Source: Candidatus Cloacimonadales bacterium (GTDB lineage: Bacteria; Cloacimonadota; Cloacimonadia; Cloacimonadales; JAFGVF01). From it: a stretch of 64,000 nucleotides of DNA. The notes below the pieces were generated by a model, which saw only the letters and a list, made by a program, of their open reading frames with translations, was not told the DNA's origin and ran no database searches. The translations under genes were made by a program, and so were the position numbers. Numbering within the stretch: the first letter of the stretch is position 1; each line of letters opens with the position of its first letter. The DNA lies in assembly GCA_963677495.2 (NCBI GenBank), contig CAXXOU010000004.1, forward strand, positions 352,001 through 416,000. The letters run 5' to 3'. Below, piece after piece: positions 36,847 to 46,918 of the stretch.

Positions 36847-38241
36847 ATGGATAAAGTTAAACTATTTATGCAGAAAATGGAAAGGGAACAGCTTGGCAAT
36901 GAAGTGGTTGAAACCTTTACTCAATATTTTAACAGTTTCGTTGCTGGTGATAGGGGTTTGTTAACCAATAAAACTATTTCAGCTCCAGAAGAGGGAGATG
37001 TGATTGACTTCATAACTTTGACCGAGAAAAAAAGCGAATACTTATCCAAACTTGCTATCTGTAAACTAAACGGTGGACTCGGAACTTCAATGGGTTTGAC
37101 TAAAGCAAAATCATTGCTCCCTGTGTTCAATACAAATGAAGGTGAAGAGCTTACCTTTCTTGATGTTACATTGAAGCAACTCGAGAGTTTAAGAAAAAAC
37201 GGTAGTTCAACTACATTCCTTTTGATGAATAGTTACAACACGGATGCAGATACAAAAGAAGCAATCTCTAAATACAATTGGTTAGATGAACAGAAGTTAG
37301 ATACATGTTTCATCCAGAATAAATATCCACGCATTAGAAAAGATGATTTTACACCATTAAACCTTGAAGATGAAGGAGCTAACTGGAATCCACCCGGACA
37401 TGGTGACATCTATACTGCACTTTCTGCTACCGGAATTCTTGATAAGCTGATAGCTGAAGGTATTGAGTACTTGTTTGTTTCAAATTCAGATAATCTTGGA
37501 GCAACTCCAGATATAAAGATATTAACTTATCTAATTGATAATAGTATCCCATTCTTGATGGAAGTATGCAGACGTACTGAGATGGATAAGAAAGGGGGAC
37601 ATTTAGCTAGAAGTAATACTGGTAACTTAGTTCTAAGAGAAGTTACTCAATGTCCTGAAGATGAGATTGGGGAGTTTCAGAATATAAACTTATACTCATT
37701 CTTCAACACAAACAGTTTATGGATTAATCTAAAAAGTTTGAAGCAGTTTATGATTGATAACGATGGAAAAATGAAACTACCATTAATTGTTAACCCGAAG
37801 AGTGTTGAAGGGGTTGATGTAATCCAACTTGAAACTGCTATGGGTGCAGCTATAAGTGTCTTTAATGGTGCTAAAGCTCTGGAAGTTCCACGTAGTAGAT
37901 TTATTCCTGTAAAGAAAACTAATGAACTACTTCTTCTATGGAGCGGGGTTTATATATTAAATGAACACTATGAAGTAGAACTCGCTTCTAAGTTCCGAAA
38001 AGCACCCATAATCCATTTAGATCAGAAATATTATAAAACGGTTGATGCATTAAGAGAGAAGATATGGAAACATAAGCCTGATATGAGTCGCTGTAGGTCA
38101 CTTCATATTGATGGAGATGTGTATATTGGAGAGAATATAGCATTTATAGGTGATGTGAGCATAAACGGCTGTGATAATAAGTATGTGATAAACAATCGAA
38201 GATTGGAAGGATTGACACTCTGTCATCCGGAGATGTTTTAG
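36847..38241 (+). CDS. UTP--glucose-1-phosphate uridylyltransferase, eukaryote-like UDPGP family
   Basis: KLNGGLGTSMG..AKS; WNPPGHGDIY; VSNSDNLGA; FNTN; QLETAMGAAI; RFIPVK. Confidence 0.9.
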   Translation: MDKVKLFMQKMEREQLGNEVVETFTQYFNSFVAGDRGLLTNKTISAPEEGDVIDFITLTEKKSEYLSKLAICKLNGGLGTSMGLTKAKSLLPVFNTNEGEELTFLDVTLKQLESLRKNGSSTTFLLMNSYNTDADTKEAISKYNWLDEQKLDTCFIQNKYPRIRKDDFTPLNLEDEGANWNPPGHGDIYTALSATGILDKLIAEGIEYLFVSNSDNLGATPDIKILTYLIDNSIPFLMEVCRRTEMDKKGGHLARSNTGNLVLREVTQCPEDEIGEFQNINLYSFFNTNSLWINLKSLKQFMIDNDGKMKLPLIVNPKSVEGVDVIQLETAMGAAISVFNGAKALEVPRSRFIPVKKTNELLLLWSGVYILNEHYEVELASKFRKAPIIHLDQKYYKTVDALREKIWKHKPDMSRCRSLHIDGDVYIGENIAFIGDVSINGCDNKYVINNRRLEGLTLCHPEMF

Positions 38242-39026
38242 TGACGCTTGACTTTTTTCTGGTAGATAGTTTTACAGAAGATGCTTTTAAAGGTAATCCT
38301 GCAGGTGTTGTTCTGCTTAAGGAAGAAATTGATGAATCAGTAATGCAAAGTATTGCTTCAGAAGTTAACCTCTCTGAGACAGCTTTTGTACTTAGAACAG
38401 ATGAAGGCAGATATAAAATCAGATGGTTTACGCCCACAACTGAAGTGAATCTATGCGGTCATGCAACTTTAGCGGTTGCAAAAGTATTAAACGATGTGTA
38501 TGGGATCTTGCAGTGTTTCTTTGATAGTCGTATGGATAATTTATTTACTAGGTGTAATGATGGTTTAATAGAGTTATTGTTTCCAACTGCACCTGCTGAA
38601 GTAGAATATAACAATAAAGAGTTACTTATGCAGCTACCAGATTTTCTATGTGCGAAGAAATCGGAGTTATTGGACTATGTCGTTGTTGAACTTGCTTCCA
38701 TAGATAGCTTATACAGTTATCAACCAGATAAGGATAGTTTGTTACAGGCTGATAAAATATCAGGTTTGATCTTGACTTGTAGAGATGAAGAATATGACTT
38801 TGTAAGTAGATTCTTTGACCCTTGGGAAGGTATTCTTGAAGATCCGGTAACAGGGTCTGCTCATTGTGTACTTACTCCATATTGGAGAGATAAGTTAGGG
38901 ATGAGGAAATTAAATGCATACCAAGCTTCAACTAGAGGTGGAAGCTTATTTTGTGAAGATAGGGGAGATGTCGTTTCCATTAAAGGAAATGCAAAGATAA
39001 TAATGAAAGGTAAAATAGAGTTTTAA
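38241..39026 (+). CDS. PhzF family epimerase/isomerase
   Basis: VDSFT..FKGNPAGV; LSETAF; EVNLCGHATLA; EDPVTGSAH. Confidence 0.93.
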   Translation: MTLDFFLVDSFTEDAFKGNPAGVVLLKEEIDESVMQSIASEVNLSETAFVLRTDEGRYKIRWFTPTTEVNLCGHATLAVAKVLNDVYGILQCFFDSRMDNLFTRCNDGLIELLFPTAPAEVEYNNKELLMQLPDFLCAKKSELLDYVVVELASIDSLYSYQPDKDSLLQADKISGLILTCRDEEYDFVSRFFDPWEGILEDPVTGSAHCVLTPYWRDKLGMRKLNAYQASTRGGSLFCEDRGDVVSIKGNAKIIMKGKIEF

Positions 39027-39036
39027 AGGACAGTTT

Positions 39037-39909
39037 ATGAGAGTAAGTAAGGCTCAAAAGATTAGATTAGGCGTTTTCATCTTTAGTGGTTTTCTGCTAA
39101 TTGCACTATTAGTTGTTATAGTTGCAGGAAACAAGTTGATGGAGAAGAGAGACATATACTATGTTGAGTATGAAGACTCCTCTGTTAATGGCTTATCCAC
39201 CGGTGGAGCTGTCAAATACCATGGTATTGATGTTGGACGAGTAGACAAGATAGAGATAAACCCGGAAGATATTACAAAGGTTATTGTTACAATAAGTGTG
39301 GAAAGTGGAACTCCTATAAAAGAGGACGTAGAAGCTACACTTGTGCCTGTAGGAATAACAGGTTTGAAATCAATCGAGTTAACCGGAGGGACAAATGAAG
39401 CGGATTTACTCCCGCCTTCTGCTAGTATTAAACCCGGCTTATCTACATTTGATAACTTAACAGGTAGAGCTGAATCAATTGCTGAAAAATTGGAACAACT
39501 AGTTAGTAATTTGAATGAACTAACTAATCCCCAAACCCAGAAAGATATAAGTCAGATTATAGAAAGTACTAATGAGATAGTTTCTAATAACAAAGAGTCT
39601 ATTAACAGTACTATTTCAAATCTTGAGAGCATTACTAATAATGCAGATATACTTGTTGAGAATCTCTCAACATTCTCTGACTCACTTGGTAACATTAAGA
39701 TCAGTGAGACTGTTTCAAAACTTAATACTACAATAGATAAATCGAATTTGGCAATAACCAACATTGATAGACTTGTTTCAAAAAATAGAGTTAACTTGGA
39801 TGAATCACTAGAAACTCTTAGAGAAACTCTTGAAAGTCTTAATGAGTTTGCAAGACAGATAAATGAAGATCCATCAGTACTACTTCGTGGTAGTTCAGTA
39901 GGGGAGTAG
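39037..39909 (+). CDS. MCE-domain protein (MlaD family) with a long helical C-terminus
   Basis: N-terminal TM; GLSTGGAVKYHGIDVGRV; GITGLKSIEL; coiled-coil tail ending PSVLLRG. Confidence 0.92.
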   Translation: MRVSKAQKIRLGVFIFSGFLLIALLVVIVAGNKLMEKRDIYYVEYEDSSVNGLSTGGAVKYHGIDVGRVDKIEINPEDITKVIVTISVESGTPIKEDVEATLVPVGITGLKSIELTGGTNEADLLPPSASIKPGLSTFDNLTGRAESIAEKLEQLVSNLNELTNPQTQKDISQIIESTNEIVSNNKESINSTISNLESITNNADILVENLSTFSDSLGNIKISETVSKLNTTIDKSNLAITNIDRLVSKNRVNLDESLETLRETLESLNEFARQINEDPSVLLRGSSVGE

Positions 39910-39912
39910 AAT

Positions 39913-42033
39913 ATGAACAAGATAAAATTGATCGCTTTACTTGTATTTACACTGACCTTAGTTGCATGTAGTTTCAACAGACAAATAGAGTCTACAAACT
40001 ATTACATACTTGATTATAATGGTTGTAATGAAGAGGAGAACCTTAAGCTTGAAAAGCCATTTGAATTCAGCGTACAAATAAACGAAACAAGGTTGCCAAG
40101 AACTTATGATAGGAATCAGATAGTATCCAAATATACTTTCAACCAGATATCCTACCTTAAACGCCACCTTTGGAGCTCAAAGCTCTATGATGCGATTCCC
40201 AATCTTATTTCACAAAGAATTAAGTGCTACAATATCTTTGAAAGAGTGGATAGAGAATCAACAGTTGAACTTCCTGATTTCTATATTGATACGAATGTCT
40301 CAAACATTGAGCAGTATTTAGATGAAGGTAAGCAGTTTGCACATCTGAAAATTGAGTTTATTCTAAGGAATGGGAATGATAATAAAGAGCTTTTCAATTA
40401 CAGCAATGATAGAACAAAACGAGTTTACTCTGATGGAATCGATGGTGTTGTAAGTACATTGAATGACTTGATCTTGGAAGAAACAAACACATTCAGTAGA
40501 TTGGTAGTAGGTTATTTAAGTAAAAAAGATATTCCAAGTTATGAATTAATATCCAAATTAGGTGAGGCCAATAAAGATTATGAAGAGATAAGTGGTGATA
40601 TAAACAATGTAGGCGAGCTTCTTGTGCCTGCGATTCATGATAGTGAAGTTGAACCTGAATATTACATCTACTCTAAAAGTGGGGACTTTATAGATGTTGG
40701 CGAGATGGGAAAAGTCATTCGATTACCAAAGGGTTTTTACCAGCTAAAGATTGGGACTGACCAAATGATAACTCAAGAAGTCGATGTACAACCGGGCTAT
40801 AGAAGAGTTGTCAAACCGACATGGGGTGTGCTTGATGTAAGTATAATAGATGAAGATAGAAATGACGTTAAAATGAGATATGAAATTTTCCAGGAAGATG
40901 AAGAACGTGTTAGGTCATTTGGTACTTACTATAGCTCAAGTGATAGAATAACTGAACCATCTGATGCTCATGTATTGCTTCCCGGTATGTATAAACTCAC
41001 TATTAATGGCCGTCCTTTCAATACATATATAGATTTTACTTCTGTTACTATTTCTGAAGATCAGACATATGAACTGACTTTAGTAGTCGAATCATTAGAC
41101 GAAAATGAAGTAACCGCTTCTCGAAAGCTTCTTGGTGCGGGTATTATTAGAGCTGAATCTGATCGCAGAGAGAATCAATATGGCAAATGGGATAATGCTG
41201 TTTACGTTATTGCAAACTTTAACTCTGACAACAAGACAGCAGAAGATGATCGTAAAACTTCAATGACTTTCATCGGTGAATTTGATAACCAGTTTGAATA
41301 CGAGAAGGGACCATTCCATTACAGTATGAAAAGCTTGTATAGTATTGAACTTAACTGGGAAACTGATGAAGACTTCAAAGTCAAGAATGATGATTATAAT
41401 CTTGAGAATACTGTAATCTACAATGTTATGGGTGATCTTGGTGTCTATGGTAGGGTGGATCTTGCCAGCCATTTCACTCCTACTTATGATTATATAAGTA
41501 GTGGTGAAACTCGTGATATTGAGATTAGAGATGTTGATAATGAAATGACAGAGTATTTGTCAGATAAGGATAAGTTCAAGTTTCAACCTATGTTCTTCCC
41601 GCTTGTGCTGAAAGAAGGTGCCGGTTTGAATTATAGATTGTTCCAAAACGTAAGTTCTCTTAAAATGAGTGTTAGAGGTGGTATTGGTTGGGAACAGGAG
41701 ATCTATCATGATACCTATACTCAGCAAAGCAACTCAGATACATTATATGTTTACCGTGAACAAGAAAATGATTTTACTACCGGTTTTGAGCTTTCAGCTT
41801 TAGGCACATTGTCAATGAAGAAACTACCTGTTGATTACACACTAAGTGCTGATTTTCTCTTCCCATTTGATGCTAATGATGAAGCTAAATATGACATTGA
41901 GAATATCCTCACACTGAATTTGATAAAGAATGTTTCCTGGGATATTAAAGCCACATTCACAAAGGGTGTACAAGGCAGAGATTACTGGGTTCTTGATTAC
42001 GGTACTTTCTTAAGATTGTCCCTATTCTACTAA
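39913..42033 (+). CDS. PqiC/ABC_trans_aux-like lipoprotein fused to a large C-terminal region resembling an outer-membrane beta-barrel
   Basis: Lipobox LVAC; NYYIL, YDRNQIV, HLWS typical of PqiC-like proteins; last ~280 aa have amphipathic strands ending FLRLSLFY. Confidence 0.7.
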   Translation: MNKIKLIALLVFTLTLVACSFNRQIESTNYYILDYNGCNEEENLKLEKPFEFSVQINETRLPRTYDRNQIVSKYTFNQISYLKRHLWSSKLYDAIPNLISQRIKCYNIFERVDRESTVELPDFYIDTNVSNIEQYLDEGKQFAHLKIEFILRNGNDNKELFNYSNDRTKRVYSDGIDGVVSTLNDLILEETNTFSRLVVGYLSKKDIPSYELISKLGEANKDYEEISGDINNVGELLVPAIHDSEVEPEYYIYSKSGDFIDVGEMGKVIRLPKGFYQLKIGTDQMITQEVDVQPGYRRVVKPTWGVLDVSIIDEDRNDVKMRYEIFQEDEERVRSFGTYYSSSDRITEPSDAHVLLPGMYKLTINGRPFNTYIDFTSVTISEDQTYELTLVVESLDENEVTASRKLLGAGIIRAESDRRENQYGKWDNAVYVIANFNSDNKTAEDDRKTSMTFIGEFDNQFEYEKGPFHYSMKSLYSIELNWETDEDFKVKNDDYNLENTVIYNVMGDLGVYGRVDLASHFTPTYDYISSGETRDIEIRDVDNEMTEYLSDKDKFKFQPMFFPLVLKEGAGLNYRLFQNVSSLKMSVRGGIGWEQEIYHDTYTQQSNSDTLYVYREQENDFTTGFELSALGTLSMKKLPVDYTLSADFLFPFDANDEAKYDIENILTLNLIKNVSWDIKATFTKGVQGRDYWVLDYGTFLRLSLFY

Positions 42034-42034
42034 T

Positions 42035-43096
42035 ATGCTTGATATTCAAGATAAAACTATACGTTTAAGTGAGAATCTGGACAGAAAAAATGTTCCGGAA
42101 TATTTCTCACAATTAGAAAAAATAAAGGTTATCCCTACTCAAGTTGATCTTTCTGGAGTAACTACTATTGATAGTTCGGGTGTAGCGTTCATAGATACTA
42201 TTATGGAAAGGTACCCCGATGTGATAATTATTGAAGGCAATGACAAAGTTAAGGAAGCTTTAAAGGTTTTCTCATTCACCGGTTATAATAGTGATGAAAC
42301 TATCCAGCGAGTTGGATTCTTTGAAAGGCTTGGAGCTAAGATATATGATACTAAGGAAGATGTTACTGATTTACTATTCCTTGCCTCGGATATAGTATTC
42401 TGGTCCTTCCACGATCTATTTAGCAAAAAAGGGCAACGTAAAGGTTCATTTACTCAGCAATGTCTTTTACTTGGATTGGATGCTGTAGGTATAATAAGCT
42501 TGTTATCAATGATTCTTGGTTTCATTATGGCTATTCAATCCGGTAATCAATTAAGACAGTTTGGAGCAAGTGTATTTCTTGCAGATATGCTTTCAGTTAC
42601 TCTTGTAAATGAGTTAGGTCCAATCTTGACTGCTATTATCATTGCCGGTAGAAGTGGTTCATCGATAGCATCTGAACTAGCTAGTATGCAGGTTATGGAG
42701 GAGATTGATGCTTTGAAGATAATGGCAATAAATCCGATCAGATTTGTGATAGTCCCTAAGTTTCATGCAATCACTGTGTGTATGCCAATTCTCCTCATGA
42801 TTAGTATAGTCGTATCTTTGGGTGCTGGACTTGTTGTCGGTATCACATTCTTAGGGTTGAGTCCGGTTACTTTCTTTGATCGGGCTATTGAGATCCTTGA
42901 TGTTAGAGATGTACTTGTAAGTTTTGTTAAAACAACTTTCTTTGCCTGGGTTATCGTTATTATTGGTAGCCATATGGGCTTGAAAGTTAAAGGTGGGGCA
43001 GAAGGTGTAGGAAAAGCAACAACTGATTCTGTTGTTACCTCCATTTTTGCTGTAATTGTGCTTGATGCACTATTTAGCTTTATATACTTAGTATGA
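42035..43096 (+). CDS. mlaE: MlaE family ABC permease with an N-terminal STAS domain
   Basis: DLSGVTTIDSSG (STAS); ELGPILTAIIIAGRSGS; EEIDAL; GGAEGVGKATT. Confidence 0.92.
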   Translation: MLDIQDKTIRLSENLDRKNVPEYFSQLEKIKVIPTQVDLSGVTTIDSSGVAFIDTIMERYPDVIIIEGNDKVKEALKVFSFTGYNSDETIQRVGFFERLGAKIYDTKEDVTDLLFLASDIVFWSFHDLFSKKGQRKGSFTQQCLLLGLDAVGIISLLSMILGFIMAIQSGNQLRQFGASVFLADMLSVTLVNELGPILTAIIIAGRSGSSIASELASMQVMEEIDALKIMAINPIRFVIVPKFHAITVCMPILLMISIVVSLGAGLVVGITFLGLSPVTFFDRAIEILDVRDVLVSFVKTTFFAWVIVIIGSHMGLKVKGGAEGVGKATTDSVVTSIFAVIVLDALFSFIYLV

Positions 43097-43839
43097 TGAA
43101 TAAACAACCAATAATAGAAGTAAAAGACTTAGTAGCCAAGTATGGTGAGAAAACAATTCTAGATGGAATTACTGTGAACTTCTACCCGAATGAAGTTACA
43201 GTTATACTTGGTGGTAGTGGCTGCGGAAAATCTACATTATTAAAAAACATTCTAAGAATGTATGAACCCCATAGTGGTAGCGTAAAGATGTTTGGAGAAG
43301 AAGTTACTCAACTAGAGACTGATGATTTCGAAAAGGTGCTTAAGCGAATTGGCATGCTTTTTCAATCGGGTTCACTTATAAACTCAATCCCGGTTTGGGA
43401 TAATCTGGCAATTCCATTAGAGCAACATACTAAGATACCTTTTACTGTTATGGATAAAATGATTCGTACAAAGCTTCACTTGGTTCACTTAGATCATGCT
43501 GTACAACTTTTGCCTTCTGAGCTTTCGGGTGGTATGATTAAAAGAGCAGGGCTAGCTCGTTCAATTATCCTTGATCCTGAAATCCTCTTTTGTGATGAAC
43601 CATCAGCCGGTCTTGATCCTCTAACTAGTGAATCTTTGGATAATCTAATCCTGGAACTTAAAAAGCAAATGAATATGAGTATCATTGTTGTTACACATGA
43701 GCTTGCTTCCATACACAGAATTGCAGATAAGGTAATCTTTCTTGATAAAGGTAAGATGTTGTTTCATGGTCCTCTTGAGGATGCAAAGAAAAGTGGTATC
43801 AAAGAAATTGAAACTTTCTTCAATGCCGGTAAATTCTAG
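43093..43839 (+). CDS. mlaF: MlaF family ABC ATPase
   Basis: GGSGCGKS; PSELSGGM; CDEPSAGLDP; VTHEL. Confidence 0.93.
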   Translation: MMNKQPIIEVKDLVAKYGEKTILDGITVNFYPNEVTVILGGSGCGKSTLLKNILRMYEPHSGSVKMFGEEVTQLETDDFEKVLKRIGMLFQSGSLINSIPVWDNLAIPLEQHTKIPFTVMDKMIRTKLHLVHLDHAVQLLPSELSGGMIKRAGLARSIILDPEILFCDEPSAGLDPLTSESLDNLILELKKQMNMSIIVVTHELASIHRIADKVIFLDKGKMLFHGPLEDAKKSGIKEIETFFNAGKF

Positions 43840-43852
43840 GTTAGCTGGTAAA

Positions 43853-44305
43853 CTAGATATTTTTTAAATCACCTAATAGATATTCCTTATCCTCAGCTTT
43901 ATCTATTGACTCAGCTTCTTTTTTACCTAAAGCAATATACTCATCTTTCTTAGTATTGTCACCAAGTACACTATATGCTCTTGCAACTGCTTCATATGCG
44001 AATGCTTTGTTAAAACCTGTCATATCATTGTCTACACAGATTTGTAAGGACCTTAAACCATGCTTTAATGCTGATTCACCCATCTTTGCGATTGCGTATA
44101 CTCTAGAAACCTGCCATTCTCCGGTATAAATCTGTGTTGGCCCTCCAATCTGCATCCAATGGTACAAAGATGCATGAGCCATGTGAATCATCTCTAAATC
44201 TTGTTCAGGAGTTCTATCTGTCTTATCGATATATTCCCAAGTTCCATTAAATAGATTAACTGCAAAATACTTATGAATTTTTTCCATTTTAGCTTTATCT
44301 GCCAT
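43853..44305 (-). CDS. Hypothetical helical protein
   Basis: 150 aa; GGAGG RBS; protein-like composition. Confidence 0.75.
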   Translation of the reverse strand: MADKAKMEKIHKYFAVNLFNGTWEYIDKTDRTPEQDLEMIHMAHASLYHWMQIGGPTQIYTGEWQVSRVYAIAKMGESALKHGLRSLQICVDNDMTGFNKAFAYEAVARAYSVLGDNTKKDEYIALGKKEAESIDKAEDKEYLLGDLKNI

Positions 44306-44401
44306 GTTTTCCTCCTATTAGGATTTCTTTATAACTTTATGTAAGTGTATCTGTTTGCACTTATTATAGTCATTATATTACAAGTTCAAGGAGAAATACA
44401 G

Positions 44402-44902
44402 TTATCTAAGATTCAGAATCTTCTCAACGACCCATTGAGCTATTTCTCCTGTTAAAACGGCACATTTATCACCAAGATTACATTTAAATTCTTTAGATTC
44501 CTCAGCGTTCCAGAAGCTCCATTTTTTTCCTGTGAATTCAGTTTGGTAATCATGACAAGAGTGGCCATTATAACGCTCATTGAAAGTGTCGTAAAGTTCC
44601 TTTGAGTATTGGAAACTCTTAAAGAACCTTCCAGAGCTAAACCCATTTTCTTCTCTTCCACGACCAAAATGAGCACCAAGAGCCAATTGCCCACCGGCCA
44701 GAGCTCCACATGTACCTGCTCCTGCAAGCCCACCTCCACCGGAAAGTGCATGTGCTGCCATAATAACAGTGTTATCTATTCCTCCCACAGTCTCTTGCAC
44801 AGCAGCAAGTACGCACTGTGGACAGCAACCGTATTTCAGATCATAATCATATGCTATCTTGTAGGCCTTTTTCGCCAATGCCTGCTTCTGTCCCTTTTCC
44901 AT
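44402..44902 (-). CDS. C-GCAxxG-C-C family putative redox-active protein
   Basis: GCCPQCVL; GTCGALAGG; GHSC; KC. Confidence 0.85.
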   Translation of the reverse strand: MEKGQKQALAKKAYKIAYDYDLKYGCCPQCVLAAVQETVGGIDNTVIMAAHALSGGGGLAGAGTCGALAGGQLALGAHFGRGREENGFSSGRFFKSFQYSKELYDTFNERYNGHSCHDYQTEFTGKKWSFWNAEESKEFKCNLGDKCAVLTGEIAQWVVEKILNLR

Positions 44903-45022
44903 CTGATACTCCTGTTTTTTTGTATTCCGAACAAATATCCAGATTCGTTAAATGTCAAGTTTACTTTGACAGAATTACATAACTATTATTAACTAAACTA
45001 AAATGTATTACGAGGAATTGAA

Positions 45023-45700
45023 ATGCTTAAACTAGCTTTAGATACAACTTCTTCATCCGGGAGTATTGCAATTGCGAAGGACGATAAGATAATATATGAG
45101 AAGTACTTTAACATAAACATTACTCATTCTGAAACACTAATGCCTAGTATTGATGCTGCTTTAACTGAACTAAAGCTGGCAAAAAAAGATATTGATGAAT
45201 TGATTGTATGTAAAGGTCCCGGTTCTTTCACAGGAATTCGAATTGGTATGGCTACAGCAAAAGGTATTGCATACGGTTTAAACTGTCCTGTAAAAGCTTT
45301 TACATCATTAGAACTTACAGCTGCAAACCTTATTAATAGTGATCTCCCTATTTTAAGTTTTATTGATGCGCGCATGAAAGAAGTCTATGCAGTACTTTAT
45401 GACAATGCATTGAAACCTATTATTGAACCCGGTTGCTACTTGCCGGCTGATATTATTAACAGAATAGATCAACCTGTTTATGTTGTTGGTAGTGGTGTTG
45501 AGCCATATGGAGAACTTTTGCTTGCGAATCTGAACATTAAACTAGCACCAATACATCTGCAAATTGCTCGGGCAAGTTCTCTCTTTACTCTGGATAAGTT
45601 GTTCCCGGAGACCGGTGATTATAATATCGAAAAGCTTTTCAAGTTAGAACCTGAATACATGCGATTATCACAAGCTGAGATGTCCAAGAAGAGCAAATGA
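45023..45700 (+). CDS. tsaB: tRNA threonylcarbamoyladenosine biosynthesis protein TsaB
   Basis: LALDTT; HSETLMP; GPGSFTGIRIG; DARMKEVY; LEPEYMR. Confidence 0.93.
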   Translation: MLKLALDTTSSSGSIAIAKDDKIIYEKYFNINITHSETLMPSIDAALTELKLAKKDIDELIVCKGPGSFTGIRIGMATAKGIAYGLNCPVKAFTSLELTAANLINSDLPILSFIDARMKEVYAVLYDNALKPIIEPGCYLPADIINRIDQPVYVVGSGVEPYGELLLANLNIKLAPIHLQIARASSLFTLDKLFPETGDYNIEKLFKLEPEYMRLSQAEMSKKSK

Positions 45701-46179
45701 AGCCAACTTTTGCAATCATTGTTGCTGTTGATAGAAACAACCTTATAGGTGACGGGCATTCAATGCCATGGAGTATTCCGGAAGATTTGGCATATTTCAA
45801 AAAGACTACAATGGGACATCCTATCGTTATGGGGCGTAAAACCTATGAATCTATCGGTAAACCACTTCCCGGCCGTAAAAATATAGTCTTAAGTTCTAAT
45901 ATTCCTCAAAAAAAGGGTTTTATCATTTGTAGAGCAATTGAAGATTTAGTTAGTTATGTTGAGCATGCTGATTTAGTTTTTATCATTGGTGGTGCATCCG
46001 TATATAATCAGTTTATTGAAAAGGCTGATTTACTATATATAACTCGTATTGATGCTGAGTTCGAAGGATCAGTTTTTTTCTCTAACATAAACTATGACAA
46101 TTGGATGTTAACATCTAAGAAAAATATAATTTCTAAATACCCTCTTAGTTTCGAAATCTATAGAAAGAGATGTAAATAA
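45697..46179 (+). CDS. folA: Dihydrofolate reductase
   Basis: MPW..PEDL..FK; MGRKTYESIGKPLPGRKN; IIGG. Confidence 0.95.
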   Translation: MKPTFAIIVAVDRNNLIGDGHSMPWSIPEDLAYFKKTTMGHPIVMGRKTYESIGKPLPGRKNIVLSSNIPQKKGFIICRAIEDLVSYVEHADLVFIIGGASVYNQFIEKADLLYITRIDAEFEGSVFFSNINYDNWMLTSKKNIISKYPLSFEIYRKRCK

Positions 46180-46282
46180 CATTGTCATTTAGTTTTATGT
46201 GGTGTAATCACTGTATACAGAAAAGCTATAAATGAAAAAAGGGAACCATTACCGGTTCCCAAATTAATTTTGACCTTCTCAA

Positions 46283-46639
46283 TTATTTAAGAATAACTGT
46301 CTTTTTCTTTGAAATATAACGCTGATTAAGTGTTACATTAACTTCATACTTACCGGCCGCAAGGTAACTACCATCTGAACCATAGCGGTCAAGCACAAAG
46401 ACCATCTCACCTTTTTGCACATCTCCTCTGTAGAATGAGTCAACTAAAACACCATCTTCATTGTACATATCTATTGAAGCATTACCAGCTTCGTTAAAGT
46501 CTACAATAAGTGTAGCAGTTGTTTTGTATTCCTCAGGTTGTACATAGATGCTGACGCCTTCGTTACTAAATGAGACAGCAAGCAAACTTGCTGCAATAGC
46601 AACTAATACCATGAATACGATTCGTTTACTCCAAGACAT
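46283..46639 (-). CDS. Small exported protein made of only a signal peptide and a divergent FlgD/T9SS-CTD-like domain
   Basis: IDMYNEDGVLV..DGSYLAAGKY..KKTVILK parallels the CTDs of the neighbouring secreted proteins; GGAG RBS; terminator hairpin at 46235-46260. Confidence 0.7.
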   Translation of the reverse strand: MSWSKRIVFMVLVAIAASLLAVSFSNEGVSIYVQPEEYKTTATLIVDFNEAGNASIDMYNEDGVLVDSFYRGDVQKGEMVFVLDRYGSDGSYLAAGKYEVNVTLNQRYISKKKTVILK

Positions 46640-46918
46640 CTTTATCTCCTTTATGTATCATCAATTTTTTCGCTTCACATATAATAATATGCAAGATATA
46701 TTCCAAGAAATAATAAAAGATTTCTATCCATATATCTCTTCTTACAAGACAATAATTATACAACTTACCAATTTTGGCAATAACTTTTTTCCAATTCAGC
46801 CAATTTTATTTTCTAAGCTAACCAAATACTCTATCGATTGAGCCAAGTTATTGTGCCTTAGTAGTATTACATTTTGTGGTTTATCAAGATTAGTTCGCAC
46901 TTTCTATACTCAAATCAA

